The translations under genes were made by a program, and so were the position numbers. The notes beneath the pieces are model-generated. The model did not search any database and was not told where the DNA came from. It worked only from the letters and a program-made list of their open reading frames with translations. Below are positions 9,284-20,501 of a DNA stretch of 64,000 nucleotides, in pieces. The DNA comes from an uncultured cyanobacterium (lineage in GTDB: Bacteria; Cyanobacteriota; Cyanobacteriia; Cyanobacteriales; CAWUOF01). Position 1 is the stretch's first letter, and every line of letters begins with the position of its first letter. Location of the stretch: positions 6,816,001-6,880,000 of the forward strand of contig CAVUSO010000001.1 in the NCBI GenBank assembly GCA_963744145.1. The letters are read 5' to 3'.

Positions 9284-12232
9284 TTAAGAAGTATGAAGAG
9301 GAATTTGAATCCAAAACTCAGCACCTTTTCCAGGTTCAGATAGACACTTCAAAATGCCCCCATGTTTTTCCACCACAATTTGATAACTAATCGATAATCC
9401 CAAACCAGTACCTTTACCTACAGGTTTAGTAGTAAAGAAAGGATCAAACAAACGCTTTCTGACATCCTCTGACATTCCTGGTCCGTTATCGCGAATCCGA
9501 ATTAATACAGAGGAGACCGATTCTATTTCCCATAAACCAGGAGGGAAAGCAGCTTCCATCGGATCGTGAGGTTGTTCAGTTTTCAGCTCTGTCGAGATGG
9601 TAATAATCCGAGGTTCTGGTTGATTTTCTAAAGCATCCATCGCATTTACCAAGACATTCATAAAAACCTGATTAAGTTGTCCAGCATAACACTCAATCAA
9701 TGGTAATTCCCCATATTCTTTGACAATATTTATGCCAGAATTAGAATTTTTAGGTTTTAAACGATTCTGTAAAATTAGTAAAGTATTATCTATCCCCTCG
9801 TGAATATCAACGGGTTTCATTTCCGCTTCATCTAAACGAGAAAAGTTGCGTAAGGACAAAACAATCTGACGGATACGTTCAGCTCCAATTTGCATCGAAG
9901 ATAGTACCTTTGGTAAATCTTGACTGAGAAACTCTAAGTCAATTGCTTCTAATTCATTATTAATTTCGAGAGGAGCATTAGGATAATGTTTTTGATAAAG
10001 AGCAACCAGTTCCAGTAAATCTTGAATGTAATTATTAGCATGGGTAAGATTACCCGTAATAAAGTTAACCGGGTTATTAATTTCATGGGCAACACCAGCT
10101 ACTAACTGACCGAGACTAGACATTTTCTCAGTTTGAATCAATTGTGCCTGGGTTTGCTTCAAATTATGTAAAGCTCGCTCTAACTGATGGGCTTGAGTTT
10201 GGGCCGCTAAAGCCGCCGCATGAGTTTGAGCATACAGTTCCGCTTGATCAATCGCGATCGCTAACTGATCTACCACCGCTTGCAACAATTCTACCTCACT
10301 ATTGCTCCAAGGTCGAGGACCGCGACAATGACTACAAATCACTGCTCCTAATTGACCTGCTCGGGTTTGGAGCGGTAGGACTAATCCAGAATTAATCCCT
10401 AAACGGATAGCGACCAAGCGATTTTTCTCATCTAAACCGGGTTCATTTTCCAGATCATCAATCCGGATGATTTCGTGATTCCGAATCTTTTCCCCTAGGG
10501 GAGCAATTGTACTTGCTTGCCAGTCATTCAGTAAACTGGGCAGACTTGGGTGTCTAGCTTCGTGAGAAACCATTAAACTTGGTTCACCCTGGGTGGGTAA
10601 ATACCAGAGGAAATGACATCGATCAATTGCTAATAAACTGCGAATTTCATGGACCGCAGTTTCCAAAATCGTATTAAGGTCAAGGGAATTCCGAATTTGA
10701 TTAGCCAGACGGAATAATAACCCTTCGCGACGAGACAACAGCGCTTCTCTAGCCCAGGCTCGGTCGATCGCAATCGCAATCCCATTAGCAACCCACTGTA
10801 ACATCCCGTGAATTGTTTCACTATAAGCTGTACAGCTCATGATCGTCATTACCCCCACCAGACGTTCTTCTACGATCAAAGGATAACCAGCAAAAGCTAC
10901 TACCTGATGATGACGTACCCAATCCTCACTCGCACCAATCCAACTCGCATTTGGGACATTGCTGAGATAAGGTTGACGATTTTGAGCGATCGCACCAATA
11001 ATTGAACGACCCAGGGGGATTGGTTCTTGCAGCTCTGCTAGTTCCAGAGACCCCGTGTGGGCTTGCATTTCCAATTTATTGCTAACCTGATTAAATATCC
11101 AAATACAAGCATCCGCAGCTTCAAGGTGCTGAACTAGAGCGGTGGTACAACGTTTGAGAATTTCTGGTAAAGTGCCACTTTGGCCCAAAGCAATGCCCAC
11201 CGCTGCCCCCAAAGCTGATAAATGTGATCGCTCGAGCAGCATCGCCTCAGTTTGTTTTTTCAGGGTAATATTTTGACAATAAACAGATAATCCGGTAGGA
11301 TGGGGGTAAACTCTTACTTCCAGCCACATCCCCAAACTGGGATAAAATTCGGTAAATTCTGCGCTGATTTGATGAGCGAGTACCCTAGCAAATTCTGTTT
11401 CTGGACGCACTAGCTCCGGCAACTGCTCCCAAATGGACTTACCGATTAAATTAGCTTTGGTGTTTAATAAAATTTGTTCAGCTCGAGAGTTAATGTAGGT
11501 AAAACACCAATTTTGATCTAAGGCAAAATAAGCATCGCTAATGTTTTCTAAAATATTATCGATCGGCAATTCAGATTTTTCAGAGACCTGATTTTCTAAT
11601 AAATCGGCGGATGCTTTTTCCTGTTTATGTTTGATTTTTCTCATTAGTAATTCTAGTTCAGCTATACAAACCTGGCTTAAAGCTTGCAACCCTAACATTG
11701 CTGTCTGATTTAATTCGCGAGGTTGATAATCCATCACACCTAGCACTCCCAGCGCTATTCCCCGCGAATAAAGAGGAATCCCAGCATAAAATTCAATTTT
11801 ATTTTCACCATTATTCAAAGACTTGACGGCAAATTCTGGCTCTAATTTTAAATCAGAAATAATAAATAAACCTTTAGTTTTAATGGTATAATTACCTAAA
11901 GAACTATCCAGGTTTAACCCATTTCTCTGTAAGCCAAATTGAGATTTGATCTCAAAACTATCACCGTCAAATAGGCTAATTAAAGCGATCGGAGTATGAC
12001 AAATTTTCGCAGCTAAATCAGTCAGATCATCAAAGGTGATTGCCAAATCAGAGTCAAAAAGTTCTGCGTAATTAATCGGGGTAATATCGATTTCTGCTGA
12101 GGGAATATATAAATTCAGCTCTTGATCGATCGCTAATGTCTGGTCATACTCATTCACTTGTTGGCTTGGTAAAGGTGCTTTCATATCTAAGTAACCTAGT
12201 TCTAAATAAATCATCGCCGTAGATTTGGCCAC
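9284..12232 (-). CDS. GAF-PAS-GAF-GAF sensor histidine kinase
   Basis: FYAGIPL GAF, PAS (FTYINSRAE), further GAFs, VAHEINNP, PVGKGTGLGL. Confidence 0.92.
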   Translation of the reverse strand: MAKSTAMIYLELGYLDMKAPLPSQQVNEYDQTLAIDQELNLYIPSAEIDITPINYAELFDSDLAITFDDLTDLAAKICHTPIALISLFDGDSFEIKSQFGLQRNGLNLDSSLGNYTIKTKGLFIISDLKLEPEFAVKSLNNGENKIEFYAGIPLYSRGIALGVLGVMDYQPRELNQTAMLGLQALSQVCIAELELLMRKIKHKQEKASADLLENQVSEKSELPIDNILENISDAYFALDQNWCFTYINSRAEQILLNTKANLIGKSIWEQLPELVRPETEFARVLAHQISAEFTEFYPSLGMWLEVRVYPHPTGLSVYCQNITLKKQTEAMLLERSHLSALGAAVGIALGQSGTLPEILKRCTTALVQHLEAADACIWIFNQVSNKLEMQAHTGSLELAELQEPIPLGRSIIGAIAQNRQPYLSNVPNASWIGASEDWVRHHQVVAFAGYPLIVEERLVGVMTIMSCTAYSETIHGMLQWVANGIAIAIDRAWAREALLSRREGLLFRLANQIRNSLDLNTILETAVHEIRSLLAIDRCHFLWYLPTQGEPSLMVSHEARHPSLPSLLNDWQASTIAPLGEKIRNHEIIRIDDLENEPGLDEKNRLVAIRLGINSGLVLPLQTRAGQLGAVICSHCRGPRPWSNSEVELLQAVVDQLAIAIDQAELYAQTHAAALAAQTQAHQLERALHNLKQTQAQLIQTEKMSSLGQLVAGVAHEINNPVNFITGNLTHANNYIQDLLELVALYQKHYPNAPLEINNELEAIDLEFLSQDLPKVLSSMQIGAERIRQIVLSLRNFSRLDEAEMKPVDIHEGIDNTLLILQNRLKPKNSNSGINIVKEYGELPLIECYAGQLNQVFMNVLVNAMDALENQPEPRIITISTELKTEQPHDPMEAAFPPGLWEIESVSSVLIRIRDNGPGMSEDVRKRLFDPFFTTKPVGKGTGLGLSISYQIVVEKHGGILKCLSEPGKGAEFWIQIPLHTS

Positions 12233-12720
12233 ACCGAGTCAGCGATCAATGTCTGGTCATAAATTGTCATTTTTTTTGAGAAATTTGGTATTTTCCTATT
12301 TATATAGTTCCCAACAACTGTACTTGACTATCGCCAAGTTTTTCGATTTTGTTTAAATTTGCTAAACAAAATTGTAAGTATATGGTTATGAATAAAAATT
12401 TTTCATAATTAATTAAATTTTAACATAATGTTCTGGATCTCCACCAGTCAGAAAATTAATTATATGTGTAAGCTGTAATTGATGCAAGGTTGTTCTCTAA
12501 AAGCTCGGATCGGGGTTATGAATGAAAAAAACTTAAGACAGGATAACAAAAATTTGTACTTGGGCATTCTGAGGGTACATAGTTAAGATCAAGGTTTTTA
12601 CGAGGAGAGAAAGGGAAGGGTGATGTCCAATCAGGAGCGCCAAACCAGGCAACAGATGGCCGTTAAGCGGTGTCTAGCTGGCAGAAACTACAATTTTTAG
12701 AGAAGACTGGGGAGAAAAAT

Positions 12721-13128
12721 ATGGCTTCAAGTTTAAGTCATTTACCAACAATTTTAGCTGTAGATGACAGTCCTGTAATGCAAAACTTAGTAAAAAAGGC
12801 CCTAGATCAGGAATATCGAGTGTTAGTTGCAGATAATGCCGTAGATGCTTTATCAGTGATTTATCATGAGCAAGTATCTATTTTGTTACTGGATGTTTCT
12901 ATGCCAGGAATTGATGGCTTGGAACTATGTCGTACAGTCCGCAACTTACCTCAATTTCACGATTTAACGATCATTATGTTAACAGCAAGGGATGGACTGT
13001 TCGACAAGGTTCAAGGTAGACTAGCTGGGGCAACCGAATATTTAACCAAACCATTTGATGCTGAACAGTTACGTCAAGTGGTGAGTAAGTTTGTCAGTCC
13101 CAAACTGCCAGACGAAGTTTCACACTAA
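12721..13128 (+). CDS. CheY-like single-domain response regulator
   Basis: ILAVDDS, LLDVSMPGIDG, YLTKPF; ATG 12721 preceded by ggag. Confidence 0.9.
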   Translation: MASSLSHLPTILAVDDSPVMQNLVKKALDQEYRVLVADNAVDALSVIYHEQVSILLLDVSMPGIDGLELCRTVRNLPQFHDLTIIMLTARDGLFDKVQGRLAGATEYLTKPFDAEQLRQVVSKFVSPKLPDEVSH

Positions 13129-14267
13129 ATAAATAAATGGGAAAGGAGATAAGGGGCGATCGCACCCAGGGGCAGAATATGCTGCACCACACCTAAAGCG
13201 ATCGCTTCTTTGGGCATCCCAAAAATGACACAGCTAGCTTCATCTTGAGCAATTGTTACTCCTCCTGCTTGGGCGATCGCGGCCATTCCATCGGCCCCAT
13301 CTCGACCCATGCCCGTGAGTAAAATCCCCACTGTCGCTCGACCATAAAAATTAGCGATCGATTTCAAGGTAACTGTGACAGCAGGGCAATGTCCACCTAC
13401 AGGAACAGAAGATGAATAAATAAACCGACCTTGAGCATCCAGTTCCAAATGACGTCTTTCGACCGGAAAATAAATATGACCAGCTTGGGGAAATTCTCCT
13501 GCCATCGCAATTTTCACTGGTAGACGACATTCTAATGCCAACCAATCAATTAAACCTTGTAAAAACCCATCACTAATATGCTGCACACAAATCACAGGCA
13601 CCCCAAAATTAGCAGGTAAATGAGCGAGAATCTGGTGCAAAGCTTGGGTGTCTCCCGTAGAAGCACCAATTGCCAGGATTTTGGCGACTGGGGTATGCAG
13701 CCGGACGGGCACAACAGATTTAGGGAGAATCGGTGTCCCGCGTTGGCGATCGCGATTTGGTTCAGGAAGTATGGTTTGAGGTTTAGCAGCAATCTGGGGA
13801 ACTGGACTAGGATCAGCAATATAACTAGATTCTCGACGCCAACGAGTAAAAACAGCAACCCCAGCGAGAACTTTAATTTTATTAATTAATTCTTGCTTAA
13901 TCGATTCATAATTTGAGTCCAACCCAGCGCGGGGCTTAGGAAAAACATCAACAGCTCCTGCATCTAACATCCGAAAGATATTTTGAGTATCATCCTTCTG
14001 AACTGAGGCACTAATTACCAGAATCGGACGGGGAAATTTCCGCATCACTTCCTTGGTAAATTCTAGCCCATTCATCTGGGGCATATAGAAATCAGTACAA
14101 ATTACTGTTGGTTGAAGTCGAGGAATCAGTGCTAATCCTTCTTTACCATTTTGAGCAGTACCAACTACTTCAATTTCTGGTGTCGAGCTAAAAATTCGTT
14201 TCAGAATGAGCAAAACAACTGGTGAATCCTCTACCAATAAAACTCGAATGGGAGAACGTGAAGTCAT
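13125..14267 (-). CDS. cheB: Chemotaxis response-regulator methylesterase CheB
   Basis: REC plus methylesterase domain: GAST, VQHI, LTGMGRDGADG, FGMP. Confidence 0.92.
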   Translation of the reverse strand: MTSRSPIRVLLVEDSPVVLLILKRIFSSTPEIEVVGTAQNGKEGLALIPRLQPTVICTDFYMPQMNGLEFTKEVMRKFPRPILVISASVQKDDTQNIFRMLDAGAVDVFPKPRAGLDSNYESIKQELINKIKVLAGVAVFTRWRRESSYIADPSPVPQIAAKPQTILPEPNRDRQRGTPILPKSVVPVRLHTPVAKILAIGASTGDTQALHQILAHLPANFGVPVICVQHISDGFLQGLIDWLALECRLPVKIAMAGEFPQAGHIYFPVERRHLELDAQGRFIYSSSVPVGGHCPAVTVTLKSIANFYGRATVGILLTGMGRDGADGMAAIAQAGGVTIAQDEASCVIFGMPKEAIALGVVQHILPLGAIAPYLLSHLFI

Positions 14268-14298
14268 AGCAAGGGAAATCTCTTGGCATCACTAATCG

Positions 14299-16740
14299 CT
14301 AAATTAGTCTTTTTAAAGTCTCTAACAGCACCTCTTGATTAAAAGCGCCTTTAGTAATATAAGCATTTGCACCGGCATCTGCACCCCTTTTTTTATCTTC
14401 ATCCGCAGCCAAAGATGTCACTAAAATAATAGGTAGCTCTCGATATTCTTGATGCTGGCGAATTTTTGCTGCTAAACTTAAGCCATCTAAATTTGGCATT
14501 TGCACATCAGAGACAACCGCATCAAAAGCACGAGTTTTTAACTTATTATAACCATCTAATCCGTCCACGGCTGTGACAACTTCATAACCTGCACCTTCCA
14601 AAATCCGTTTTTCTTGAGTCCGAGTCGCAATTGAATCTTCTACCAGGAGAATCACTTGCTTGCGTGAACCTAAATTGGGCGGCAATTTCTCAGCGATGGA
14701 TGTGGTAACCTGATGAGAAACATTTTGTTTCCGGACTGATTTAAGTAAATCGCTGGGATTTAAAACCATGCAAACTTCACCAGTACCCAAGATTGTGGCT
14801 CCAGATACATTCCGCACCCGTTTGAGGAGGTGACTGGCAGGTTTAAGAATAACATCTTGTTCGTCAATTAGAGCATCAACAAACAAGCCCAATTTTTCTT
14901 CGCCAACCTTTAAAATAATACAAGGGTTAGCTGCTATTTCCAGATTTATATTGGCATCTTGATTTTTGGCTTTGATCTGAGAATTGTTTAATTCCAGTAA
15001 ATCTGCTAATTTGGCGACGGAGACAGGTTGACCATTCCAAATAATTGTATCTCTTCCTTCGATCGCAAAAATCTCAGTTGAAGCGACCAGACGAGTTGTT
15101 TGGACAAATTCAACTGGTAGGGCATAGGAAATCCCATTGGTAGCTACAATTAAAACATGAGCTGTGGATAGAGTTGTGCCCAAATGAATGCAAAAGGTAC
15201 ATCCTTGTCCCAGTATCGATTCTACCTGAAGAGTCCCTTTGAGACGTTCAACATTATTCCGCACCACATCAAGACCAACTCCTCTACCCGAGACTTCGGT
15301 CACCAAAGCACGAGTAGAAAAACCAGACTCGAAAATCAGGGAATAAATTTGGCGATCAGTCATCGTCGCGAGTTCTTCTGGTCGCACAATCCCTCGTTTG
15401 CTCGCAGTTTGTTTAATTTGTTCGAGATCTAAACCGCGTCCATCATCAATGAGTTCAATGACCACTTGACTCGCACTTTGATATCCACGTAGACGAATAA
15501 CTGCTAGGGGTGGTTTACCCAACTGTAGTCGTTCAGTCGGTGTCTCAATCCCATGATCGATCGCATTACGAATCATGTGCATCAAAGGATCTTTCATTTC
15601 TTCTAAAATCCTTTTATCTGCCCGAGTTTCACCACCTTCAATCAGTAAATCTACTTGTTTACCTTGACTTTTCGCCAAATCTCGCACCATGCGAGGAAAC
15701 AAATTAAAAATTGTAGATAATGGTAATAAGCGCAGGGTGCGGATTCCCTGTTCTAATTCATCAGCAATGATATCTAACCGAGCTGTATCCTCATAAACCG
15801 AACTTCTCAAACGGTTAACCAAATTGCCCAATTGTTCTAAACGCTCTTCATGCCGATGATGCAAATTCTGGAATTTTAACAACATTCCGTTATTATAGTC
15901 GAATTCATTTTGTTGGCTAAAAAAAATATGATTAACCAAGCTATCGCGACTCCATTCTTCCCATAAACTCACAATTTCTTCAATTTCTGTTAATCGACGA
16001 GCGATCCGGAGTTGGGTGACCGTTAGTTCCCCAGTTTGAGTCATTAACGCATCCAGGTTACGTGTTTCTACTCGAATTGTTTCGATCCGATAGGTTCCTT
16101 CTGAGGTGGTTTCTACTGGTGGCTGAGTTGGGACAATCTTACTAGAATGCTTGTGTGTTTCCACTAGCTCTAGTTGAGTTGGTTTTGTAGTCAGAGTAGC
16201 TAGCTGGGAATTATCCTCAACAGTTGGAGTAGATGGTGCGGATAAAGATAATTTTGATGATAATTCTTGTTGGTCTTCCGACTCAGTTAATTCTCTATTT
16301 ACTGGTTTTTTCGGACTAACCTGATCACCAGTATTAACCTGGGCTGAACTAGAAGTATCGGCTCCCATCATGTGAGCTAAAGCATAAAACGTATTCACTC
16401 CACTAGGTTCACCAGTAACCGCTTCTTTCACCAATTGACGAATTGAGTCTAATCCTTTATATAAGCGATCGATAATTTCCGGTGATAATCCAATTTCACC
16501 ACGTTTAATCGTACCGATAATATGCTCCCACTGATGAGCTAGAGTCGCAATATCTTTGACTCCCAGCATTCCTGCGTCACCTTTGAGACTATGAGCTTCC
16601 CGTAATAACTCCTCTAATTTAGACTGATCCCCAGGGTTTTTTTCTAACAGCAACAAACCCTGATCAAGTTTTTGTAAATGTTCTTCGCTAGCGATTTTAA
16701 AAGTATCGCGCAGCTCTTCATCTTCTATCATTAGGGTCAA
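14299..16740 (-). CDS. cheA: Hybrid CheA-like kinase (Hpt-HATPase-CheW-REC)
   Basis: REAHSLKG, IRNAIDHGIE, SGRGVGLDVV, CheW domain, C-terminal REC. Confidence 0.93.
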   Translation of the reverse strand: MTLMIEDEELRDTFKIASEEHLQKLDQGLLLLEKNPGDQSKLEELLREAHSLKGDAGMLGVKDIATLAHQWEHIIGTIKRGEIGLSPEIIDRLYKGLDSIRQLVKEAVTGEPSGVNTFYALAHMMGADTSSSAQVNTGDQVSPKKPVNRELTESEDQQELSSKLSLSAPSTPTVEDNSQLATLTTKPTQLELVETHKHSSKIVPTQPPVETTSEGTYRIETIRVETRNLDALMTQTGELTVTQLRIARRLTEIEEIVSLWEEWSRDSLVNHIFFSQQNEFDYNNGMLLKFQNLHHRHEERLEQLGNLVNRLRSSVYEDTARLDIIADELEQGIRTLRLLPLSTIFNLFPRMVRDLAKSQGKQVDLLIEGGETRADKRILEEMKDPLMHMIRNAIDHGIETPTERLQLGKPPLAVIRLRGYQSASQVVIELIDDGRGLDLEQIKQTASKRGIVRPEELATMTDRQIYSLIFESGFSTRALVTEVSGRGVGLDVVRNNVERLKGTLQVESILGQGCTFCIHLGTTLSTAHVLIVATNGISYALPVEFVQTTRLVASTEIFAIEGRDTIIWNGQPVSVAKLADLLELNNSQIKAKNQDANINLEIAANPCIILKVGEEKLGLFVDALIDEQDVILKPASHLLKRVRNVSGATILGTGEVCMVLNPSDLLKSVRKQNVSHQVTTSIAEKLPPNLGSRKQVILLVEDSIATRTQEKRILEGAGYEVVTAVDGLDGYNKLKTRAFDAVVSDVQMPNLDGLSLAAKIRQHQEYRELPIILVTSLAADEDKKRGADAGANAYITKGAFNQEVLLETLKRLI

Positions 16741-16772
16741 CCTTATAATATTTATAATTGATCATCAGTTAA

Positions 16773-17765
16773 CTAATTAACTATTCTCCCATCAGGCATA
16801 GTTGTACGTTTAAAAATCACACCAGTTAAATTTGCACTACTAATTTCTGCCATAGCTAAGTTGGCACCAGTTAAATTTGCACTAGTTAAATCTGTGCGAG
16901 CAAGATAAGCTTCAACTAATTCTGCATCAGTCAAGTTTGCTTCGCGCAAATTTGCCCGACTCAGGTCAATTTTTATCATTCTCGCACCACTTAAATTCGC
17001 TTTAATTAAGTTAACTTTACTTAAATTTGCATTAGGCATGATCGCTAACTCTAGATTAACATTTTCCATATTAGCATTCTGACATTTTGCTCTTTCTAAT
17101 TTAGCTCTACTTAAATTCGCATTTTGCAGATTGACTTCATTCAGGTTAGCATCTGTGAGGACTATACTAATTAAAATACTATCACCTAAATTAGCATTGC
17201 TCAAATCTGCATCCCGGAGATTTGCTTCACTCAAATTAGCACCACTAAAATCAACTTTAGATAAATCTGCACCAGTTAAATTAGTACCCCGTAAATCAGC
17301 TTTTCGTAAACAAGCACCGCGTAAAAAAGATTTATAAAATCTCTTTTCTTCCCGTAAGTTAGCACCTCGTAAACAAGCACCTGTGAGGTTAGCACCATTC
17401 AAATTTGCACCCCGTAAGTCAGCATCAAGCAGGTTAGCATCGAGTAGATTAGCTAAGTTAAGGTTAGCATTACGCAAGTCTGCACCCTGTAAACTAGCAC
17501 CATGTAAGTCCGCATCTTGGAGGTTAGCACCACCGAGTTTTGCTTGATTGAGGTTAGCACCACTGAGTTTTGTCCCGATCAGATTTGCTTTGATCAAGTT
17601 AGCACGACTTAGATAAGCAAAAATTAAAGTCGCACTATGTAAATCTGCTCCAACTAGAGAAATCCCAATAATATCTGCACCAAATAAGTTTACCCCGCTG
17701 AGGTTAACCCCATTAAATTTTGTTTCTCCTGCTGCATATCTGGTAGTTAGTTCATTTGCTTCCAT
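16773..17765 (-). CDS. Pentapeptide repeat protein
   Basis: Continuous A(N/D)Lxx repeats ending MPDG. Confidence 0.95.
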   Translation of the reverse strand: MEANELTTRYAAGETKFNGVNLSGVNLFGADIIGISLVGADLHSATLIFAYLSRANLIKANLIGTKLSGANLNQAKLGGANLQDADLHGASLQGADLRNANLNLANLLDANLLDADLRGANLNGANLTGACLRGANLREEKRFYKSFLRGACLRKADLRGTNLTGADLSKVDFSGANLSEANLRDADLSNANLGDSILISIVLTDANLNEVNLQNANLSRAKLERAKCQNANMENVNLELAIMPNANLSKVNLIKANLSGARMIKIDLSRANLREANLTDAELVEAYLARTDLTSANLTGANLAMAEISSANLTGVIFKRTTMPDGRIVN

Positions 17766-17797
17766 ATTTTTGTTTTTTAGGGAAAATCAATCATCTT

Positions 17798-18622
17798 TTA
17801 GAATCCGGAAGGAAGAAATTGACAAGTTTCTTCCTGATCTTCATGAAATCCAATATGATTTATTTGAGTGGTTTCATTAACTGGACGATTAAATTTTTGA
17901 GCTAGGGGGTTACGTTGGGAATAAAAAGGACTGAGAGTTTGCATAATCACCCTTGCTGTTTGACTATTTTCATCAGCAAATTGCAGAGATTTAGCAGTAT
18001 TATATAGTTTAGATTCTAGTGCATTTACGGTTTCGCATAAAGAAAATATCTTATTTAACAATTCACCCAAATCATGGGATCTTAATCTTGACCAGTCTGG
18101 TGCATCTAGATGATTGTTAATTGCTGAAAAAAGCAGGATTTTAGCTCTGAGTGGATTGGTATAGTTCATAATTTCTAACCGGACATCAAACTGATCGTAA
18201 GGAATTACTACTGATTGAGTTCGCTGGGTTAATGAAGCATGATTTGGTGGTTCAGTAGTAGGTTCATCAGCGATCGCAATTGCTGGTACAGGTGGACTAG
18301 GTATCTTGACATAAACTTGCTCTTCTTGGTCAGAATAGAGATTGGTTATTTCGTTAATTAAACTATTAGCTACGATCAAATATTCGTCTTTTTTGTTGAG
18401 ACTTTTGACGACGTTGAAAAGAGTAAATTTTAGATGTTTGAGAGTAGGATTAAAATCTAGTAACTCTGGAATTAATTCGGCTAAATTTAGTTGATCTAAC
18501 TTAGCTTGATCACTTTCCCAAGTGTTTCGACAAGCTAACAACAGCAATTTTTTGATGCGGTTTAAATTTTTATTATTTTCGAGGTTTTGGACAACTTGAT
18601 TCAGCGGTGATATGTTGATCAT
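17798..18622 (-). CDS. Hypothetical protein with two related helical halves
   Basis: 274-aa ORF; NLNRIKKLLL...NLY resembles NPLRAKILLF...PFY. Confidence 0.75.
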   Translation of the reverse strand: MINISPLNQVVQNLENNKNLNRIKKLLLLACRNTWESDQAKLDQLNLAELIPELLDFNPTLKHLKFTLFNVVKSLNKKDEYLIVANSLINEITNLYSDQEEQVYVKIPSPPVPAIAIADEPTTEPPNHASLTQRTQSVVIPYDQFDVRLEIMNYTNPLRAKILLFSAINNHLDAPDWSRLRSHDLGELLNKIFSLCETVNALESKLYNTAKSLQFADENSQTARVIMQTLSPFYSQRNPLAQKFNRPVNETTQINHIGFHEDQEETCQFLPSGF

Positions 18623-19162
18623 TTAATTCTCTCCAAAAAAAAATCTGATCCTTTATCCAATTTTAAAACCATTACTTTCCTAGTTCACAGGCATGAAAAA
18701 CTAATAAAAGTATTCTAATCTAAGTTAAAGGATAATGCAAGATCATTGTATCTGCCAACCTGATCGGATAGCTCTTGCTTTTCTGAGAGGTTAAATATTA
18801 TACTAAGTAGGGGATAAAAAAAATATATTTTTTAACAATTGACAAAGGACACTCAAATCATTTCAAGATAATTGTACTACTCAAGATCAACTCGGAGCAG
18901 AAAAATATGTGGCCAATCAAACGAGCGATCGCAATTCCATCTGACCGATTGACCAATCAGCAAAGGTGGATAGTGGGTCATTTGAATCTGGACGATGGGA
19001 TAAATTCCATGCTCGTCAAACTAGATGGAATCGGGACCTACTGACAGAAGACAATGATCAAGTTCCTCCCACCTGACAATTGGACAAAAGATGGAATAGT
19101 TACTTCCGGAATAACTAGGAAAGCTAGTGATGATTTACTGTAAAAGTCTCTGACTGTATAAT

Positions 19163-20488
19163 ATGAGTAATCCAATGATAAATTTATGGCGATCGCTGCG
19201 ATTCCAACTAGCTCTGAGAACAGGAAACACCCCACAAGCGGAAAAATTGGTCTTAGAAATCCAACATTCAGGAGCAAGATTATCATTACTGGAGAGATTA
19301 TTTAGAAATAAATTACAAGCGGAAAAATCTTTGCAGGAATATAAACGAGAAATTGTTGCTCTATATGAGCAAATTGAATCCTTAGAAAATCAACTAGGAA
19401 ATTTACCTCAACCACCGGAAAATTCTCCATCGGTAAGATCTACTTTAACACCCGAACCGAAGTTTGTTGATTTTATCTCAAAAAGCTTTAAACTGGTAGA
19501 GCATGATGAAAATTTATTGCAATGTACAGGTATTTTCAGACGAGTTTTTGATGAGTTAGATGCTAACCTAGCTAAATTTATTCAAGAAGAATTTAAACGA
19601 TTTAGTCGTCAAAAGAATTTTCCCGTATTATTACAGGAAGCGATCGCGGATCTCCAGAAAGTTAACCATGGACAAGATCCTGATTATAAATCTGAATTAA
19701 GTTCCTATATCTATTTACTCAGATATTTTTTAAACCAAGTTTATTGTATCTATATTGCTTGGTTTCTCATCTATCGATCTAATTTATTACCAGCAGAAAT
19801 TAAGATCCTGGATCTAGCAGCAGGTCCAGCAACAGTTGCTTATGGACTAGGATTATTACTAGAAAGTAGTAGTAGCTTTTTCGCGCTACCTCAAACCCAG
19901 ATTTGTTATTATTCGCTAGAGCAACAAAAAATGTTTCAGTATCGAGGATTACAACTATGGAGACAATCGATCGAAACTAAATCAACAATCAACAATACTT
20001 ACTTTAGATTTCATACAGCTAATATTTTTGATTACCACAATCAAGCTAGCAAAATTCCCAGCAAGTTTTTTGATTTCATTACCATTGCAGATTTTTATTT
20101 TTTCGATCCTGACCAACAAAAAAAATCCCAGGTGATTTTGAAAGAAATATTTAAAACCTGTCTCAAAGATGATGGATATGTATTACTGATCATTAAAGAA
20201 GAGAAATTATTTACCATTTCCGGAAAATATCAAAAAATTAAGAATCACAAACAGGAAAGTAATCGGGTTAGCAAATTGGTCGAAGAACTAGGATTAAATC
20301 TAGTGTGGTATAAATATCTAACTTCTACAGATAGCAGAGAACATTTTGCACCAGATATTTTAGAGAAATTTGTGCAAGAATATCTACCAAATCAAACCCA
20401 TATCAGTCCTTTGGTCCGAGAATATTGTCAATTAGACCTTGACTCTAGTTATACAGTTAATGATTATGTCATTTTGGCAAAAATCTAA
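19163..20488 (+). CDS. Hypothetical protein: coiled-coil N-terminus plus SAM-methyltransferase-like domain
   Basis: ILDLAAGPAT (motif I-like), FDFITI, LKDDGYVLLI. Confidence 0.7.
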   Translation: MSNPMINLWRSLRFQLALRTGNTPQAEKLVLEIQHSGARLSLLERLFRNKLQAEKSLQEYKREIVALYEQIESLENQLGNLPQPPENSPSVRSTLTPEPKFVDFISKSFKLVEHDENLLQCTGIFRRVFDELDANLAKFIQEEFKRFSRQKNFPVLLQEAIADLQKVNHGQDPDYKSELSSYIYLLRYFLNQVYCIYIAWFLIYRSNLLPAEIKILDLAAGPATVAYGLGLLLESSSSFFALPQTQICYYSLEQQKMFQYRGLQLWRQSIETKSTINNTYFRFHTANIFDYHNQASKIPSKFFDFITIADFYFFDPDQQKKSQVILKEIFKTCLKDDGYVLLIIKEEKLFTISGKYQKIKNHKQESNRVSKLVEELGLNLVWYKYLTSTDSREHFAPDILEKFVQEYLPNQTHISPLVREYCQLDLDSSYTVNDYVILAKI

Positions 20489-20501
20489 GTAAAACTAGAA
20501 T

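Noticed and set aside
9284..12232. GAFs of the 982-aa kinase as photoreceptors
   Set aside because: No CH/DXCF bilin-binding motif at the expected position
18900..19160. Short ORFs upstream of the 441-aa gene
   Set aside because: ORFs of 45 aa or less on the plus strand and an 82-aa antisense ORF, none with a recognisable motif
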